NCBI RefSeq assembly: GCF_009914755.1
Contig: NC_060947.1
Source: the human T2T-CHM13v2.0 reference genome, Homo sapiens
DNA length: 64,000 bases
Reading direction: 5' to 3' (one strand)
Shown: positions 14,218 through 25,786 of the stretch, piece after piece
Layout: every line of letters begins with the position of its first letter
How positions within the stretch are numbered: position 1 is the first letter of the stretch
Notes under the pieces: generated by a model
Seen by the model: only the letters and a program-made list of their open reading frames with translations
Told to the model about the DNA's origin: nothing
Database searches by the model: none
Position numbers and translations under genes: made by a program

Positions 14218-16559
14218 TTTATTTTCTTCTGCTAGCTTTGGGGTTTGTTATTTCTTTTTTCTCAATGCCTGTATGCTCAATGTTAAATTGCTAATTTGAG
14301 ATTTTTCTAACTTCCTGATTAAGCCATTCAGTGCTATAAACTTTCCTGTTAATATTGCTTTAGCTGCAACCCACAAATTTTGGTAAGTTTTTCCACTATT
14401 TTCATTAATTTTAATTTTTTTCTTCATGCCTTAATTTCATCGTTCATTTAGCAGTTTATTCAGGAGAAAGTTGTTTAAATTTTATGTATTTGTGTAGTTT
14501 TGAGATATCTTGATTTTTTTTCTATTTTTATTACATTGTAGTCCAAGATTGTGCTTAGTATAATTTACATTTTTTTAGTTTACTGAAACTTGCTTTATGA
14601 TCAAGCCTACGTTAAATCTTACTATAAGTTCCATGTGCTAATGAGAAGAATATTTTTCTGTGGTTGTTGGATGGAATATTCTAGATGTCTATTATGTATA
14701 AATGGTCAAGGATCGAGATTAAATCTAGAATATCTTTGTTAGTTTTCTGTCTCAAGCTCTGTCTAATACTGTCAGTAGGGTGTTGAAATTTCCCACTACT
14801 ATAGTGCATCTGTCTAAATATTCTTACAGGTTAAAAAGAACTTTTTTTAAAATGAATCTGTGTGCTCCAATATTGGGTGAATATACATTTAGAATAGTTA
14901 ACTCTTCTTGATGAATTGAACCCTTTACCATTATGTAATTTCCCTTTTCCTCCTTTTTTAATTATTTTGTGTTCAAAGCCTATTTTTTTCTGATATAAGA
15001 ATAGCAACTCTTGCTCTTGTTTTTCATTTGCATGATAGATTTTTCTCCATCTGTTTTACTTTGAGACTGTGGATGTCATTACATGTGAGATGGGCCTTTT
15101 GAAGGCAGTAAAGGGTTGAGGCTTGTCATTTTATTCAACTTGCCACTCTGTGTCTTTTATGTGGGACATTTAGATGATCTACAATCAAAGTTAGCATTGA
15201 CATGTAAAATTTTTATCCTGTCTTTGTGTTGTTAGCTGGTTGTTTTGTAGACTTAATTGTGTAGTTGTTTATAGTGTCTTTAGATTATGTGCTGAAGTGT
15301 GTTTCTGTGGTAGCAGATGTTATTTTGTTTCCATGTTTAGCACTCCCTTAAGGACCTCTTGTAAGGCTGGTCTAATTTCCTTAGCATTTGCATCCCTGAA
15401 AAGGATTTTAGGTCTCTTTCACTCATGAAGCTTTATTTTTCAGGATACGAAATTCTTGGTTGGAATTTCTGTTTTTAGGGATGCTGAAAATAGGCCCTTA
15501 ATTTCTTCTGGCCTGTAAGATTTCTTCTGAGATATCCACTGCTAGCCTGATGGGGTTGTCTTTTTATGTGACCTGATCCTTCTATGTAGCTGCCTTTAAG
15601 AGTTTTTCTCTCACTTTGACCTTTATCAGTCTGATGACTATATGCCTGGGGGGTGATTTGGTTGTACATTATCTTGCAGGGGTTTTCCGTGTTTGTTGAC
15701 TTTGTATGTCAAACTCTTTAGCAAGACTGAAGATATTTTCATGGACTATATCCTCAAACGTATTTTTTCAAAGTTCCTTACTTTCTCTTTTTTCTCAGAA
15801 ATGCCAATGAGACATAGTTTTTGTCCTTTACTTAATCCTATATTTCACTTCAGTTTTGTTTATTAGAATTTTTCATTTTTGTCTGACTGAGTTTATTTGA
15901 TTAATCAATCTGTGAGCACTGAGATTCTTTCCTCAGCTTGGTCTATTCTGCTGTTAATAGTTCTGATTGTATTACAAAATTTTTGTAGTGATTTTTTTAG
16001 TTCTAGAAGTTCACTTTGGTTCTTTTCTAATATGGCTATTTTTTTCCTTTTAGATCCTGTGTCATTTTATTCACTTCCTTGGATTTCCTGGACTGGCTTT
16101 TAACTTTCTCCTGAATCTTGATAAGCTTCCTTGCACTCCAGCTTCTAAATTCTATGTCTTTTATTTAAGTAATTTCAATCAGCTCCATCCTCCATACCTC
16201 TGGAAACTAAACGACTGATTTGAAAGTGGGAAGACACTCTGGCTTTTTGAATTGCAGCCATTCAAAGCCTGGAACTAGCCCTAGCATTTGGTAAACCCAT
16301 GCAGGGTTCCAAGCCTCCTTTCTCTTCAGCCTCAGCGTCTGCGTCACCTTTCTATAAACTCTTTGTTTTCTCTCCAATGATCTGCACAAAGTATGGGTTA
16401 ATTTACTTGATATTTTGGGCTCTTTTGCTGGGAGCGACACTCCCTGGCTCTAGACAGTACTTACACCTGAGTTTCTCGTCCCTGAATGTTTTGTTGATAT
16501 CTAAGGTTTATTTTGTCCCTGAAACTCAGGTGTAAGTAATCACCTGAAACTCAGGTGAA

Positions 16560-16925
16560 AATAAAATATTCATTTTATTGCATAAGGACATTCTGTTGTT
16601 CCAGCAGCAATTGTTGGAGACTATGCTTTCTCCACTGAATTACCTTTTCTTTTTTGTCAAAGATCAGTTGACTAAATTTGATTGCTTTTTAAATGTTGAA
16701 TTATCTTGCATACCTGGTGATTTTTGACCCAAAATGTGGTCTCTCTTGCTGAATGTTCCGTGTGGCTTGAGATAAATGTATTTTTGCTATTGTTGGATAA
16801 CAAAATCCTATACATGTCAAATGCATCCACTTGATTGATAAGGCTATTAGTTCAACTATATCCTTGCAATCTTTTTGCCTGATAAATCTGTCAATTACTA
16901 CTAGAACGATGTTAAAATCTTCAAT
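16560..16925 (-). mobile_element. Old L1M fragments
   Basis: Antisense ORF2-like phrases (gttccagcagcaattgttgg, gaatgttccgtgtggcttgag). Confidence 0.55.
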
Positions 16926-17083
16926 TGTTATGGAGTAAATCGTGTCATTCTAAAATTCGTATGCTGAAGTCTCATTACCCAGTACCCATTTAAAATATGA
17001 TTGTGTGTGGAAATAGGCTCCTTAAATAGATAATTAAGATTAAGTGAGGTCACATGGCTAGGATCTAGTCCAATATATCTGAT
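16926..17083 (+). mobile_element. MLT1 LTR 5' fragment
   Basis: tgttatggagtaaatcgtgtc...aaattcgtatgctgaagtc...ggaaatagg...aagtgaggtca. Confidence 0.7.
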
Positions 17084-17084
17084 T

Positions 17085-17370
17085 TGATGGCTAATTTTAC
17101 GTGTCAGCTTGACTGGCTGATGGGATGCCCGAATAGCACATGAAACATTATTGCTGGGAATGTCTCTGCAGGTGTTTCCGAGTAAAATTAACATTTGAAT
17201 TGCTGGACTAAGCAAAGCAGAGGGCCATCATTAATCTGTTTAAGGACTAAATAGTACAAAAAGGAAGAAGGTTGAATTAGCACTCTACCTGACTGCTGAC
17301 TCTACCTGAAATTCCATACCCTCAGGGCTTCTGGTTTTCAGGCCTCTAGATCTGGACTGAAATCTATGCT
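17085..17370 (+). mobile_element. MLT2 (HERV-L LTR) fragment
   Basis: tgatggctaattttacgtgtcagcttgactgg...taacatttgaattgctggactaagcaaagcag. Confidence 0.75.
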
Positions 17371-17371
17371 C

Positions 17372-17827
17372 TGACAAAAAAATAAAAACTCAGGACCCCA
17401 ATTAACTATGCCAAAGTTAGAAAAAAAAAAATACACTGAAAGCTGAGTCATCCAATTAACTGCCTTCATTTTGTTCCTAAGCAGATACCTACAGATAAAA
17501 GGTTAAATGTCTCCACAGGTTGCTACTCTGTGTTCACTGTATCTTACGTAAAGTGCTGATTTACTGAGTTTGAGATATACATAATTTACTATTCCTCTAC
17601 CTGTTTCTTTTCCCTTTCATCATGTGGATTACCATACTCTTCTTCTTTCTCCTCCAGCTTACTTTTTTCTCCTAAATATTGAAGCTCTCAAATTCATCTT
17701 TGGAGAAAGGCACAGACCAAAGATTGTTTCTGTGATTACATGTTTCTTATTCTGGGCATGTCCCTAACCCTGGCAAAATAAATTTTCAAATTGATTGAGA
17801 CCCATCTCATATACTTTCTGGTTTACA
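17372..17827 (+). mobile_element. MER4-group LTR (MER4C-like), 5' LTR of the second provirus
   Basis: Ends ggtttaca, followed by aattggcaaccaa PBS-like sequence and a leader matching the reverse complement of 13200-13297. Confidence 0.75.
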
Positions 17828-18344
17828 AATTGGCAACCAATAGAAGAGACTGAATGGAGGTTGCCTTGACCTTTGACAAATCTATTGGTGCTTGGTACTA
17901 GCTTGGAATATCTTTATTTCTCAAACCAATAGGACTATTTGCTGAAATTTAGGAGCTCTCTCCTCCAGAGAATTCCTGATCTTCCAAATTTTTGTTGATA
18001 TATAAGGCTTATTTTGCTATATAACACATTTTCTGGAGTTTCACTTATTTTCAACAAGGAAGATGAATTTTCCTGCTTCTATGATGATGGATGGCAACTC
18101 TTTTTTGAAGTTTCAGCTCACTTCCAACAGGAATGGAGAGTTTGAATTTTTCCTGCTTCTAAGATTGTATAGAGCAGTCTTCAGCCAGGGCTTCATTCTT
18201 AGGTAAGTAGCTGAACTGGAATTTTGTCTTGAAAATTTCCCTTAATGTCTGAAATTTAAGATTGACAGACAGCTGGTCTTAATTTCTTATTATTAGAGTG
18301 TTCAGGAATCATACTTTTTGTTCTGTTTTTGTTATGTTTTAGTA

Positions 18345-19716
18345 TGTTAACCCAAAAATTGGTGACAGGTCTCAGTCCATTTAAAAAGTCTCTTTTGTCA
18401 AGGTTAAGGATGCACCTATGACACAGCTTCAGGGAGTCGTGACAATATGTGTTCAAGGTGGTCGGGGGTACAATTTGCTTTTGTAAATTTTAGGGAGACA
18501 TGTGACATCAATCAATATGTGTAAGAAGTACAATGGCTTGGTCCAGTAAGGTGGGACAACTTGAAGTAGGGGCTTCCAGGGTAGAAGTAGATAAGCATTG
18601 CACTCTTTTGAGTCCTTGGTAAGCCTTCCACTGAATACGCAATTTAGTCTGGCTCAGTGAATCTGCATCTTTACATAAACATTAGGGGAAAGAGAGGAAT
18701 CAGATATGTGTTTGTCTCAGGTGAGCCTGAGGATGGTGACTTTGAGTTCTGTCTGTCCTTTTGCGGCAGGCCAATACTTCCTGACAATCACACAGACAGG
18801 CCTGCATGACAGTCACACAGACAGGCCTGCATAGCAACCCAGTGACACCAACAAATTTTCACAGCGCTGTCTTAACATTGAGCAAATAATTAAACTAAGG
18901 GAGATAAATGCCCAGACATCAAAGCTAGAAATGAAACATGTGGTCAGTAGGAGCCTTGCACAGGCTTCTCCCTAACCTGGAGCAAGTCAAAATAATGGAC
19001 ACAGCTTACATTCCTTGTGCCAAAATAATGGAGACAGCCTTACCTTCCTTGCGCCAGGAGCCATCTCAGGTCGATGACATCTGAGACGAGTCAAGGTAAC
19101 AGAGGCAGCTGTTTGAATAGATTTACTGGGGAGTCTAAGGCAGCTCTCTGGACCAAACTGCAAACAAGGTAAGATAGAAATTAATCACTCCGGTACCACA
19201 GTCCTCATTAATTAGACTTTAGGAGACAGACCTTTAAAATACCAGGACCCTCACAGCTTGATCAGACTTAAAAAGCATTTTTGGCCGCTGACCTTCTAGT
19301 TAAAACAAAATTAGTTACCTATAAACTTAGGCGAATGCAATGCTGTGGGTAAGCACATAACCCCAACCTATATAAGCACTAAGGAAATTGTAGCACTTTG
19401 AGTTGGTCTGTTGAAACTATCTCTGACCTTCTCTCTATAACCAGTTACAGCAATAAACTCCTTTCTTTCCCAATTTGTCTACTTCTCGTTATTGGGTTGT
19501 GAGGACACGCAGCCAGATCAAGCTTATTCTGGGAACACTTTGTCCACAAGGAATTTCCTTGTGGGCAAATTGTGAGGGAGATATGTAGCTTCTTATCTCT
19601 GTAGCTATTTTATTAAGAAATAAAATGGGAGGCGGTTTTACCTGACATAGTTTCCAGCTTGACTTTTCTTTTGGCTTAGTGATTTGAGGATCCCAAGATT
19701 TATTTATTTTTTCACA
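18345..19716 (-). mobile_element. MER4A1-like solo LTR, split by another LTR
   Basis: Ends tgttaaccc...ttcaca; perfect TSD AGTA (18341-18344 and 19717-19720). Confidence 0.85.
18762..19537 (+). mobile_element. Solo LTR, probably ERVL-type (LTR62/64/66-like)
   Basis: tg...ca ends (tgcggcaggcc...gggaaca), TATA-like tatataag near 19369, aataaa near 19452, flanking repeat CTTT; host LTR rejoins as gtctgtcctttgtccacaagg. Confidence 0.7.
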
Positions 19717-19966
19717 AGTATTTCGCTCATCAGGTTTGACAAACCCTACTTGACTTAGTCAAATGTGAGTGAGAATTCCAATTTATGGAAAACGAGGCTT
19801 CTGAATTTGCTAAAATTCCCCACAACTGCCGAAAAAAAAATGTTTTTAAAAACTGCATTTTTTGTTTTCTTTAAATTTTGTTTTTATTTATTTTTCTCTT
19901 ACTCTATTTCTCATACCTCTTTTTTCATCTTCAGTACCAAGTGAGCAAAAAATCTAGCAAAGGCTT

Positions 19967-20419
19967 TTTCATGCGCGTCCTTGTGAAGAGACCACCAAAC
20001 AGGCTTTGTGTGAGCAACAAGGCTGTTTATTTCACCTGGGTGCAGGCGGGCTGAGTCCGAAAAGAGAGTCAGCGAAGGGAGATAAGGGTGGGGCTGTTTT
20101 ATAGGATTTGGGTAGGTAAAGGAAAATTACAGTCAAAGGGGGTTTGTTCTCTGGCGGGCAGGAGTCGGGGTCGCAAGGTGCTCAGTGGGGGTGCTTTTTG
20201 AGCCAGTATGAGCCAGGAAAAGGACTTTCACAAGGTAATGTCATCACTTAAGGCAAGGACCGGCCATTTACACTTCTTTTGTGGTGGAATGTCATCAGTT
20301 AAGGTGGGGCAGGGCATATTCACTTCTTTTGTGATTCTTCAGTTACTTCAGGCCATCTGGGCGTATAGGTGCAAGTCACAGGGGATGCGATGGCTTGGCT
20401 TGGGCTCAGAGGCCTGACA
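19967..20419 (-). mobile_element. LTR7 3' LTR
   Basis: Minus strand tgtcaggcctctgagcc...ggacgcgcatgaaa; 453 bp; polyA signal tttatt near 20026. Confidence 0.97.
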
Positions 20420-21379
20420 TTCCTGCCTTCTCATATTAATAAGAAAAATAAAATAGTGTTGAAGTGTTGGGGTGGCGAAAATTTTTGGGGGGTGGTATGG
20501 AGAGAGAATGGGCGATGTTTCTCAGGGCTGCTTCAAGCGGGATTAGGTGAACCTAAAGTGGGAGAGATTAAGCTGAAGGGAGGTCTTGTGGTAAGGGGTG
20601 ATATTGTGGGAATGTTAGAAGAAACATTTGTCGTATAGAATGATTGGTGATGGCCTGGATACGGTTTTGGATGAATTGAGAAACTAAATGGAATAACAGA
20701 GGAGAAAAACAGGTATAAAATGTCTAAGAATTGGGAGGACCTAGGGTATCTGATTAGAGAGTGCCTAAGGAGATTCAGCATAGTCCTGCCAGTAAAGATT
20801 ATTTATTTACTTCAAGAGTTAAGAGTGGCAGTTTGGGGATAGCACCAGGAGATATCAGCTGTGATGGCTTGGAAAAACAGTGTAAACCGGCAGTGTAAAC
20901 AAGAGCAGGGCATGTATGAGTAGCTGAGAATGGTGAATAGGAGTATGACTAGACAGAAGATAGTAGGGATGACAAGTTTTTTGGGGGCACAGTCTAAGTT
21001 GGTCTGGTGTCTGGAATGAGACTGGGGCCTAATAAAAAGGAGCGTCTATACAGGAGCTTAAATGGGCTGTACCCTGTAGCATTCCGAGGACAGGCCTGAA
21101 TTCTGAGAAGGGAAAGTGGTAAAAGTATTGTCCAGTCCTTTTTAAGTTGGTGGCTGAGCTTGGTGAGGTGTGTTTTTAAAAGACCTTTAGTCCATTCTAC
21201 TTTTCTTGAAGACGGAGGACCGTAAGGGATATAAAGGTTTCACTGAATACTAAGAGCCTGAAAAACTCCTTGGCTGATTTGACTAATAAAGGCTGGTCTG
21301 TTATCAGACTGCATTGAGGTGGGAAGGCTAAACTGAGGAACTATGTCTGACAGAAGGGAAGAAATGACTGAGGAGGACT

Positions 21380-21750
21380 TCTCAGACCCTGTAGGAAAGG
21401 CCTCTACCTATCCAGTGAAAGTATCTACCTAGACTAAGAGGTATTTTAGTTATCTGACTCAGGGCATGTTGAGTAAAGCTAATTTGCCAGTCCTGGTTGG
21501 GGCAAATCCTTGAGCTTGATGTGTAGGGAAGGGAGGGGGCCTGAATAATCCTTGAGGAGTAGTAGAATAGCAGATGGAACACTGAGAAGTTATTTCTTTG
21601 AGGATAGATTTCCACGATGGAAAGGAAATGAGAGGTTCTGAGAGGTGGGCTAGTGGCTTGTACCATAGCATAGCCTGCCTTTGCTGGTGTGTGGCGATAA
21701 GGCCTGGTGGAACCGCCATCAATAAATCAAGCGTGATCAGGGTGAGGAAC
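21380..21750 (-). pseudogene. HERV-H integrase remnant
   Basis: YKPLAHLSEPLISFPSWKSILKEITSQCSICYSTTPQG (zinc-binding region) and DWQISFT; frameshifted. Confidence 0.8.
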
Positions 21751-22419
21751 AGGAAAGAAGGAAATTTGGGGAAATGGGGTGAATGTCACGTGGATCAGAG
21801 AGATACAGTCATGGGGGTCAGGTGTGGTATCAGGAATAATGTGGGAGGCCAGATTGAAGTCTGGGCCAGGAACAATGGTAATTGTGGGAGACTCAACAAA
21901 GAGTGAGTATAGCTGAAGGAGCCGGGAAAAAGAAAGTATGTGTCAGGTATGAGGAAGAAAATAGATTTTGGAAGTTATGAGAACTGTAGAGAGTGAGTTG
22001 AGCATAGTTTGTGATTTTGAGGGCCTCTAAAGGTATTAATGCAGTGGCAGCCGCTGCACGCAGACATGAGGGCTAGGCTAAAACAGTAAGGTCAAGTTGT
22101 TTGGACAGAAAGGCTACAGGGTGTGGTCCTGGCTCTTGTGTAAGAATTCTGACCGTGCTAACCAGGCCTAGGAAGGAAAGGAGTTGTTGTTTTGTAGAAG
22201 GTGCTGGGGTTTGAGAGATCAGTCGGACACGATTGGTAGGGAGAGCACGTGTGTTTTTATGAGAATTATGCTGAGACAGGTAACAGATGAGGAAGAAATT
22301 TGGGCTTGATTGAAGTAATGGGGGCTGTCTGTGAAGCTTTGCGGCAGTACAGCCCAGGTAATTTGCTGAGCTTGATGGGTGTCAGGGTCAGTCAAAGTGA
22401 AAGCGAAGAGAGGCTGGGA

Positions 22420-22785
22420 TTAAGGGTGCAAAGGAATAGTAAAGAAAGCACGTTTGAGATCTAGAACAGAATAATGGGTTGTAGAGGCAGGTATTGAGGA
22501 TAGGAGAGTATATGGGTTTGGCAGCACGGGGTGGATAGGCAAAACAATTTGGTTGATAAGGCGCAGATCCTGAACTAACTTGTAAGGCTTGTCTGGTTTT
22601 AGGACAGGTAAAATGGGGGAATTGTAAGGAGAGTTTATAGGCTTTAAAAGGCCATGCTGTAGCAGGCGAGTGATAACAGGCTTTAATCCTTTCAAAGCAT
22701 GCTGTGGGATGGGATATTGGCATTGAGCGGGGTAAGGGTGATGAGGTTTTAATGGGATGGTAAGGGGTGCATGATCGGTCGCCAA
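22420..22785 (-). pseudogene. HERV-H reverse transcriptase remnant
   Basis: SPYNSPILPVLKPDKPYKLVQDLRLINQIV...YSVLDLKRAFFTIPLHP, then a stop. Confidence 0.9.
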
Positions 22786-22973
22786 GGAGGGAGTAGAGGT
22801 ATCTTATATTTGTGGGTTAAGGTGGGGGGATACAAGAGGAGGACACAAAGGAGGCTTTGGATTGGGAAGAAGGGCGGCAATGAGATATAGCTGTAGTCCA
22901 GGAATAGTCAGGGAAGCATATAATTTAGTTAAAGTGTCTCGGCCTAATAAGGGAACTGGGCAGGTGGGGATAA

Positions 22974-23192
22974 CTAAAAGGAGTGCTTAAAAGAGTATTG
23001 TCTAAGTTGGCACCAGAGTTGGGAAGTTTTAAGAGGTTTAGAAGCCTTGCCGTCAATACCTACAACAGTTATGGAGGTGAGGGAAACAGGCCTTTGAAAA
23101 GAAGGTAATGTGGAGTGGGTAGCCTCCGTATTGATTAAGAAGGGAACGGACTTACCTTCCACTGTGAGAGTTATCTGAAGCTCAGCGTCCAT
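22974..23192 (-). pseudogene. HERV-H protease remnant
   Basis: LTVEGKSVPFLINTEATHSTLP (catalytic DTG degraded to NTE). Confidence 0.85.
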
Positions 23193-23240
23193 GATGTAGG
23201 GGGGCTTCCGAGGCGACTGGGCAGCGTCAGTCTTCAGCCG

Positions 23241-24400
23241 CTAAGCCAAGAAGATCTGGGAAGGAGTCAGAGAGCCTTGGGCCAGAGTTCCAGGGGCTCT
23301 GGGAGTGGCTGCCAGGTGAGTTGGACAGTCCGATTTCCAGTGGGGTCTCGCACAGATGGGACGCGGCTTAGGAGGAATCCCGGGCTGCAGGCATTCCTTG
23401 GCCTGGTGGCCAGATTTCTGGCACTTGTAGCAAGCTCCTGGGGGAGGCGGTACTGGAGGAACGCCTGGCCGCTGCGGTTCAGGCATTTGGAAGTTCTTGT
23501 GTGCTAGAGATGTGGTTGGGGTTTGTCTCACAGTGGAGGCAAGGAATTGCAACTTTTTTCTATTATTGTACACCTTGAAGGTGAGGTTAATTAAATCCTG
23601 TTGTGGGGTTTGAGGGCTGGAATTTAATTTTTGGAGTTTTATTTAATGTCAGGAGCAGATTGGGTAATAAAATGTATTTTGAGAATAAGACGGCCTTTTG
23701 ACCTTTTAGGGTCTAGGGCTGTAAAGTGTCTCAGGGTTGCTGCCAAACAAGTTATGAACTGGGCTGGATTTTTATATTGATAAAGAGCCTAAACGCTATC
23801 TGATTTGGGATAAAGAAAAAGGAGCAATAACCTTGACTATGCCTTTAGCTCCAGCCACCTTTTTAAGAGTAAATTGCTGGCAGGTGGGGGAGGGCTAGTC
23901 ACGGAATGAAACTGTAAGCCGGACCGGACTGGGTGTGAGGAGAGGAGGTGATAAAAGGATTATAGGGTGGAGGAGCGGAGGCTGAGGAAGACTTGGGACC
24001 TAGCTCGGCCTGGTGAGGAGCAGCCTGGGGAGGAGGGGAGAGGTCAGATGGGTCTGTAGAAAAGGAAGATTAGAAAGACTCAGTGATGCTTGGGGTTGGG
24101 ACTGAGGGGGACAGGTGGGAGGGAAAGAAGGAAGATTTGGGATGAGTTGCACTGGGCACAGAGACTGGGGAGGGACCGATGTGTAAAAGAATGCCTGGAC
24201 GTCAGGCACCTCAGACCGTTTGCCCATTTTACGACAAGAATTATTTAGATCTTGCAGGATGGAAAAATTGAAAGTGCTGTTTTCCGGCTATTTGGAACTA
24301 CTGTTGAGTTTGTATTGGGGTCAAGCAGCATTGCAGAAGAAAATAAGGCATTTAGGTTTTAGGTCAGGTGTGAGTTGAAGAGGTTTTAAGTTTTTGAGAA
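23241..24400 (-). pseudogene. HERV-H gag remnant
   Basis: Zinc knuckles CYKCQKSGHQAKEC and degenerate RPICARPHWKSDC; upstream GKRSEVPDVQAFF. Confidence 0.85.
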
Positions 24401-24544
24401 CACAGGCTAAGAGAGAAGAAGGAGGAATGGAGGGTGGAAGGTTGCCTATAGTGAAGGAGGCAAGTTTAAAGAAAAGGGAGAGTAGAGACACGGAGGGAAG
24501 CGGTTCAGGGGTTCTTACCCTCCAGAAAAGCAGGAAAGGGGTCG

Positions 24545-24720
24545 GGGTGCAGAGATACGAGGTCAGGGCGTGGAGACATAAGATGTCGGGGCATGGAAAT
24601 AAGGGATTGTGGTGCAGAGATAAGAGGTTGGGGCATGGAAATAAGGGATTGGGGCACAGAGATAATAGGTTGGGGTGTGGAAATAAGGGATTGAGGTGCA
24701 GAGATATGAGGTTGGGGTAC
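24545..24720. repeat. HERV-H leader tandem repeat (about 21-bp monomer, 42-bp dimer)
   Basis: agagataagaggttggggcatggaaataagggattggggcac repeated about four times, diverged. Confidence 0.85.
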
Positions 24721-25304
24721 TTTCCCCTCCTCTAGAAAAGTGGGACTTGCCACTCAGGGTGAAGGAGAAAGGGTTGGGGGTTTCTTGCCCCCCAGAAAGG
24801 CAGAGAAGGGGTAGAGACACGGAGAGAAGGGGTTGGGGTACTTGCCCCTTCCCCAGAAAAGCAGGACTTGCCACTAAGGGTGAAGGACCAAGGCAGGCAT
24901 CCCTGCGTGGTCTGACACCTCTGAAACCTGGGTAAATAATCAGAGAGGTGTCCCTGAAATGATTAAACACCAAGGGAAAGCTGCCTTCCCTAGTCCGTGA
25001 CCGGCGCCAGAGTTTTGGGTCCAGGGATAAAACATGTCTCCTTTGTCTCTACCAGAAAATGAAAGGAATTGAAATTAAAAGAAGGGAGAGATTGAAGTGT
25101 GGCACCAAGATTGAAAGGAGAAAGAGGCTGAGGGATAGTGAGGGAGGTTGGAGAAGAGAGTAAAAAGAGGCGGCTTACTGGATTTGAAATTGGTGAGATG
25201 TTTCTTGGGCTGGTTGGTCTGAGGACCTGAGGTCGTAGGTGGATCTTTCTCACGGAGCAAAGAGCAGGAGGACAGGGGATTGATTTCCCAAGGGAGGTCC
25301 CCTG

Positions 25305-25322
25305 ATCTGAGTCACGGCACCA
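25305..25322 (-). promoter_or_regulatory. tRNA-His primer binding site
   Basis: Minus TGGTGCCGTGACTCAGAT just 3' of the inner LTR. Confidence 0.9.
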
Positions 25323-25324
25323 AA

Positions 25325-25776
25325 TTTAATGCATGTCCGTGTGAAGAGACCACCAAACAGGCTTTGTGTGAGCAACAAGGCTGTTTATTTCACCTGGGTG
25401 CAGGCGGGCTGAGTCCGAAAAGAGAGTCAGTGAAGGGAGATAAGGGTGGGGCTGTTTTATAGGATTTGGGTAGGTAAAGGAAAATTACAGTCAAAGGGGG
25501 TTTGTTCTCTGGCAGGCAGGAGTGGGGGTCGCAAGGTGCTCAGTGGGGGTGCTTTTTGAGCCAGGATGAGCCAGGAAAAGGACTTTCACAAGGTAATGTC
25601 ATCACTTAAGGCAAGGACCGGCCTTTTTCACTTCTTTTGTGGTGGAATGTCATCAGTTAAGGCGGGGCAGGGCACATTCACTTCTTTTGTGATTCTTCAG
25701 TTACTTCAGGCCATCTGGGCATACATGTGCAAGTCACAGGGCATGCGATGGCTTGGCTTGGGCTCAGAGGCCTGAC
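25325..25776 (-). mobile_element. LTR7 inner (extra) 5' LTR
   Basis: Full-length LTR7 copy; 5'-terminal T replaced or missing (minus agtcagg). Confidence 0.95.
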
Positions 25777-25786
25777 TGGGACCAAA

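Larger units (their letters stand above)
1335..16460 (-). mobile_element. Near-full-length decayed L1 (old L1PA/L1PB class), interrupted by nested elements
   Basis: 3'UTR at 1335-1600; ORF2 remnants (3128-3355 [25 protein letters not shown]...WIGRISIVK); L1 sequence stops at 4632 (tttagttatttc) and resumes at 14218 (tttattttcttctgctagctttgggg); EN and ORF1 regions 14218-16100; 5'UTR-like 16200-16460. Confidence 0.85.

Noticed and set aside
22420-23573. Functional HERV-H gag/pro/pol
   Set aside because: Protease active site mutated (NTE), RT truncated before the catalytic motif, multiple stops and frameshifts
24545-24720. Regularly spaced repeats resembling a CRISPR array or novel minisatellite
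   Set aside because: No unique spacers; this is the usual HERV-H leader tandem repeat
25325-25786. Inner LTR as a solo LTR integrated into the PBS
   Set aside because: Flanks (GGTCCCA before, TTTGG after, minus strand) do not form a TSD and the terminal TG is missing
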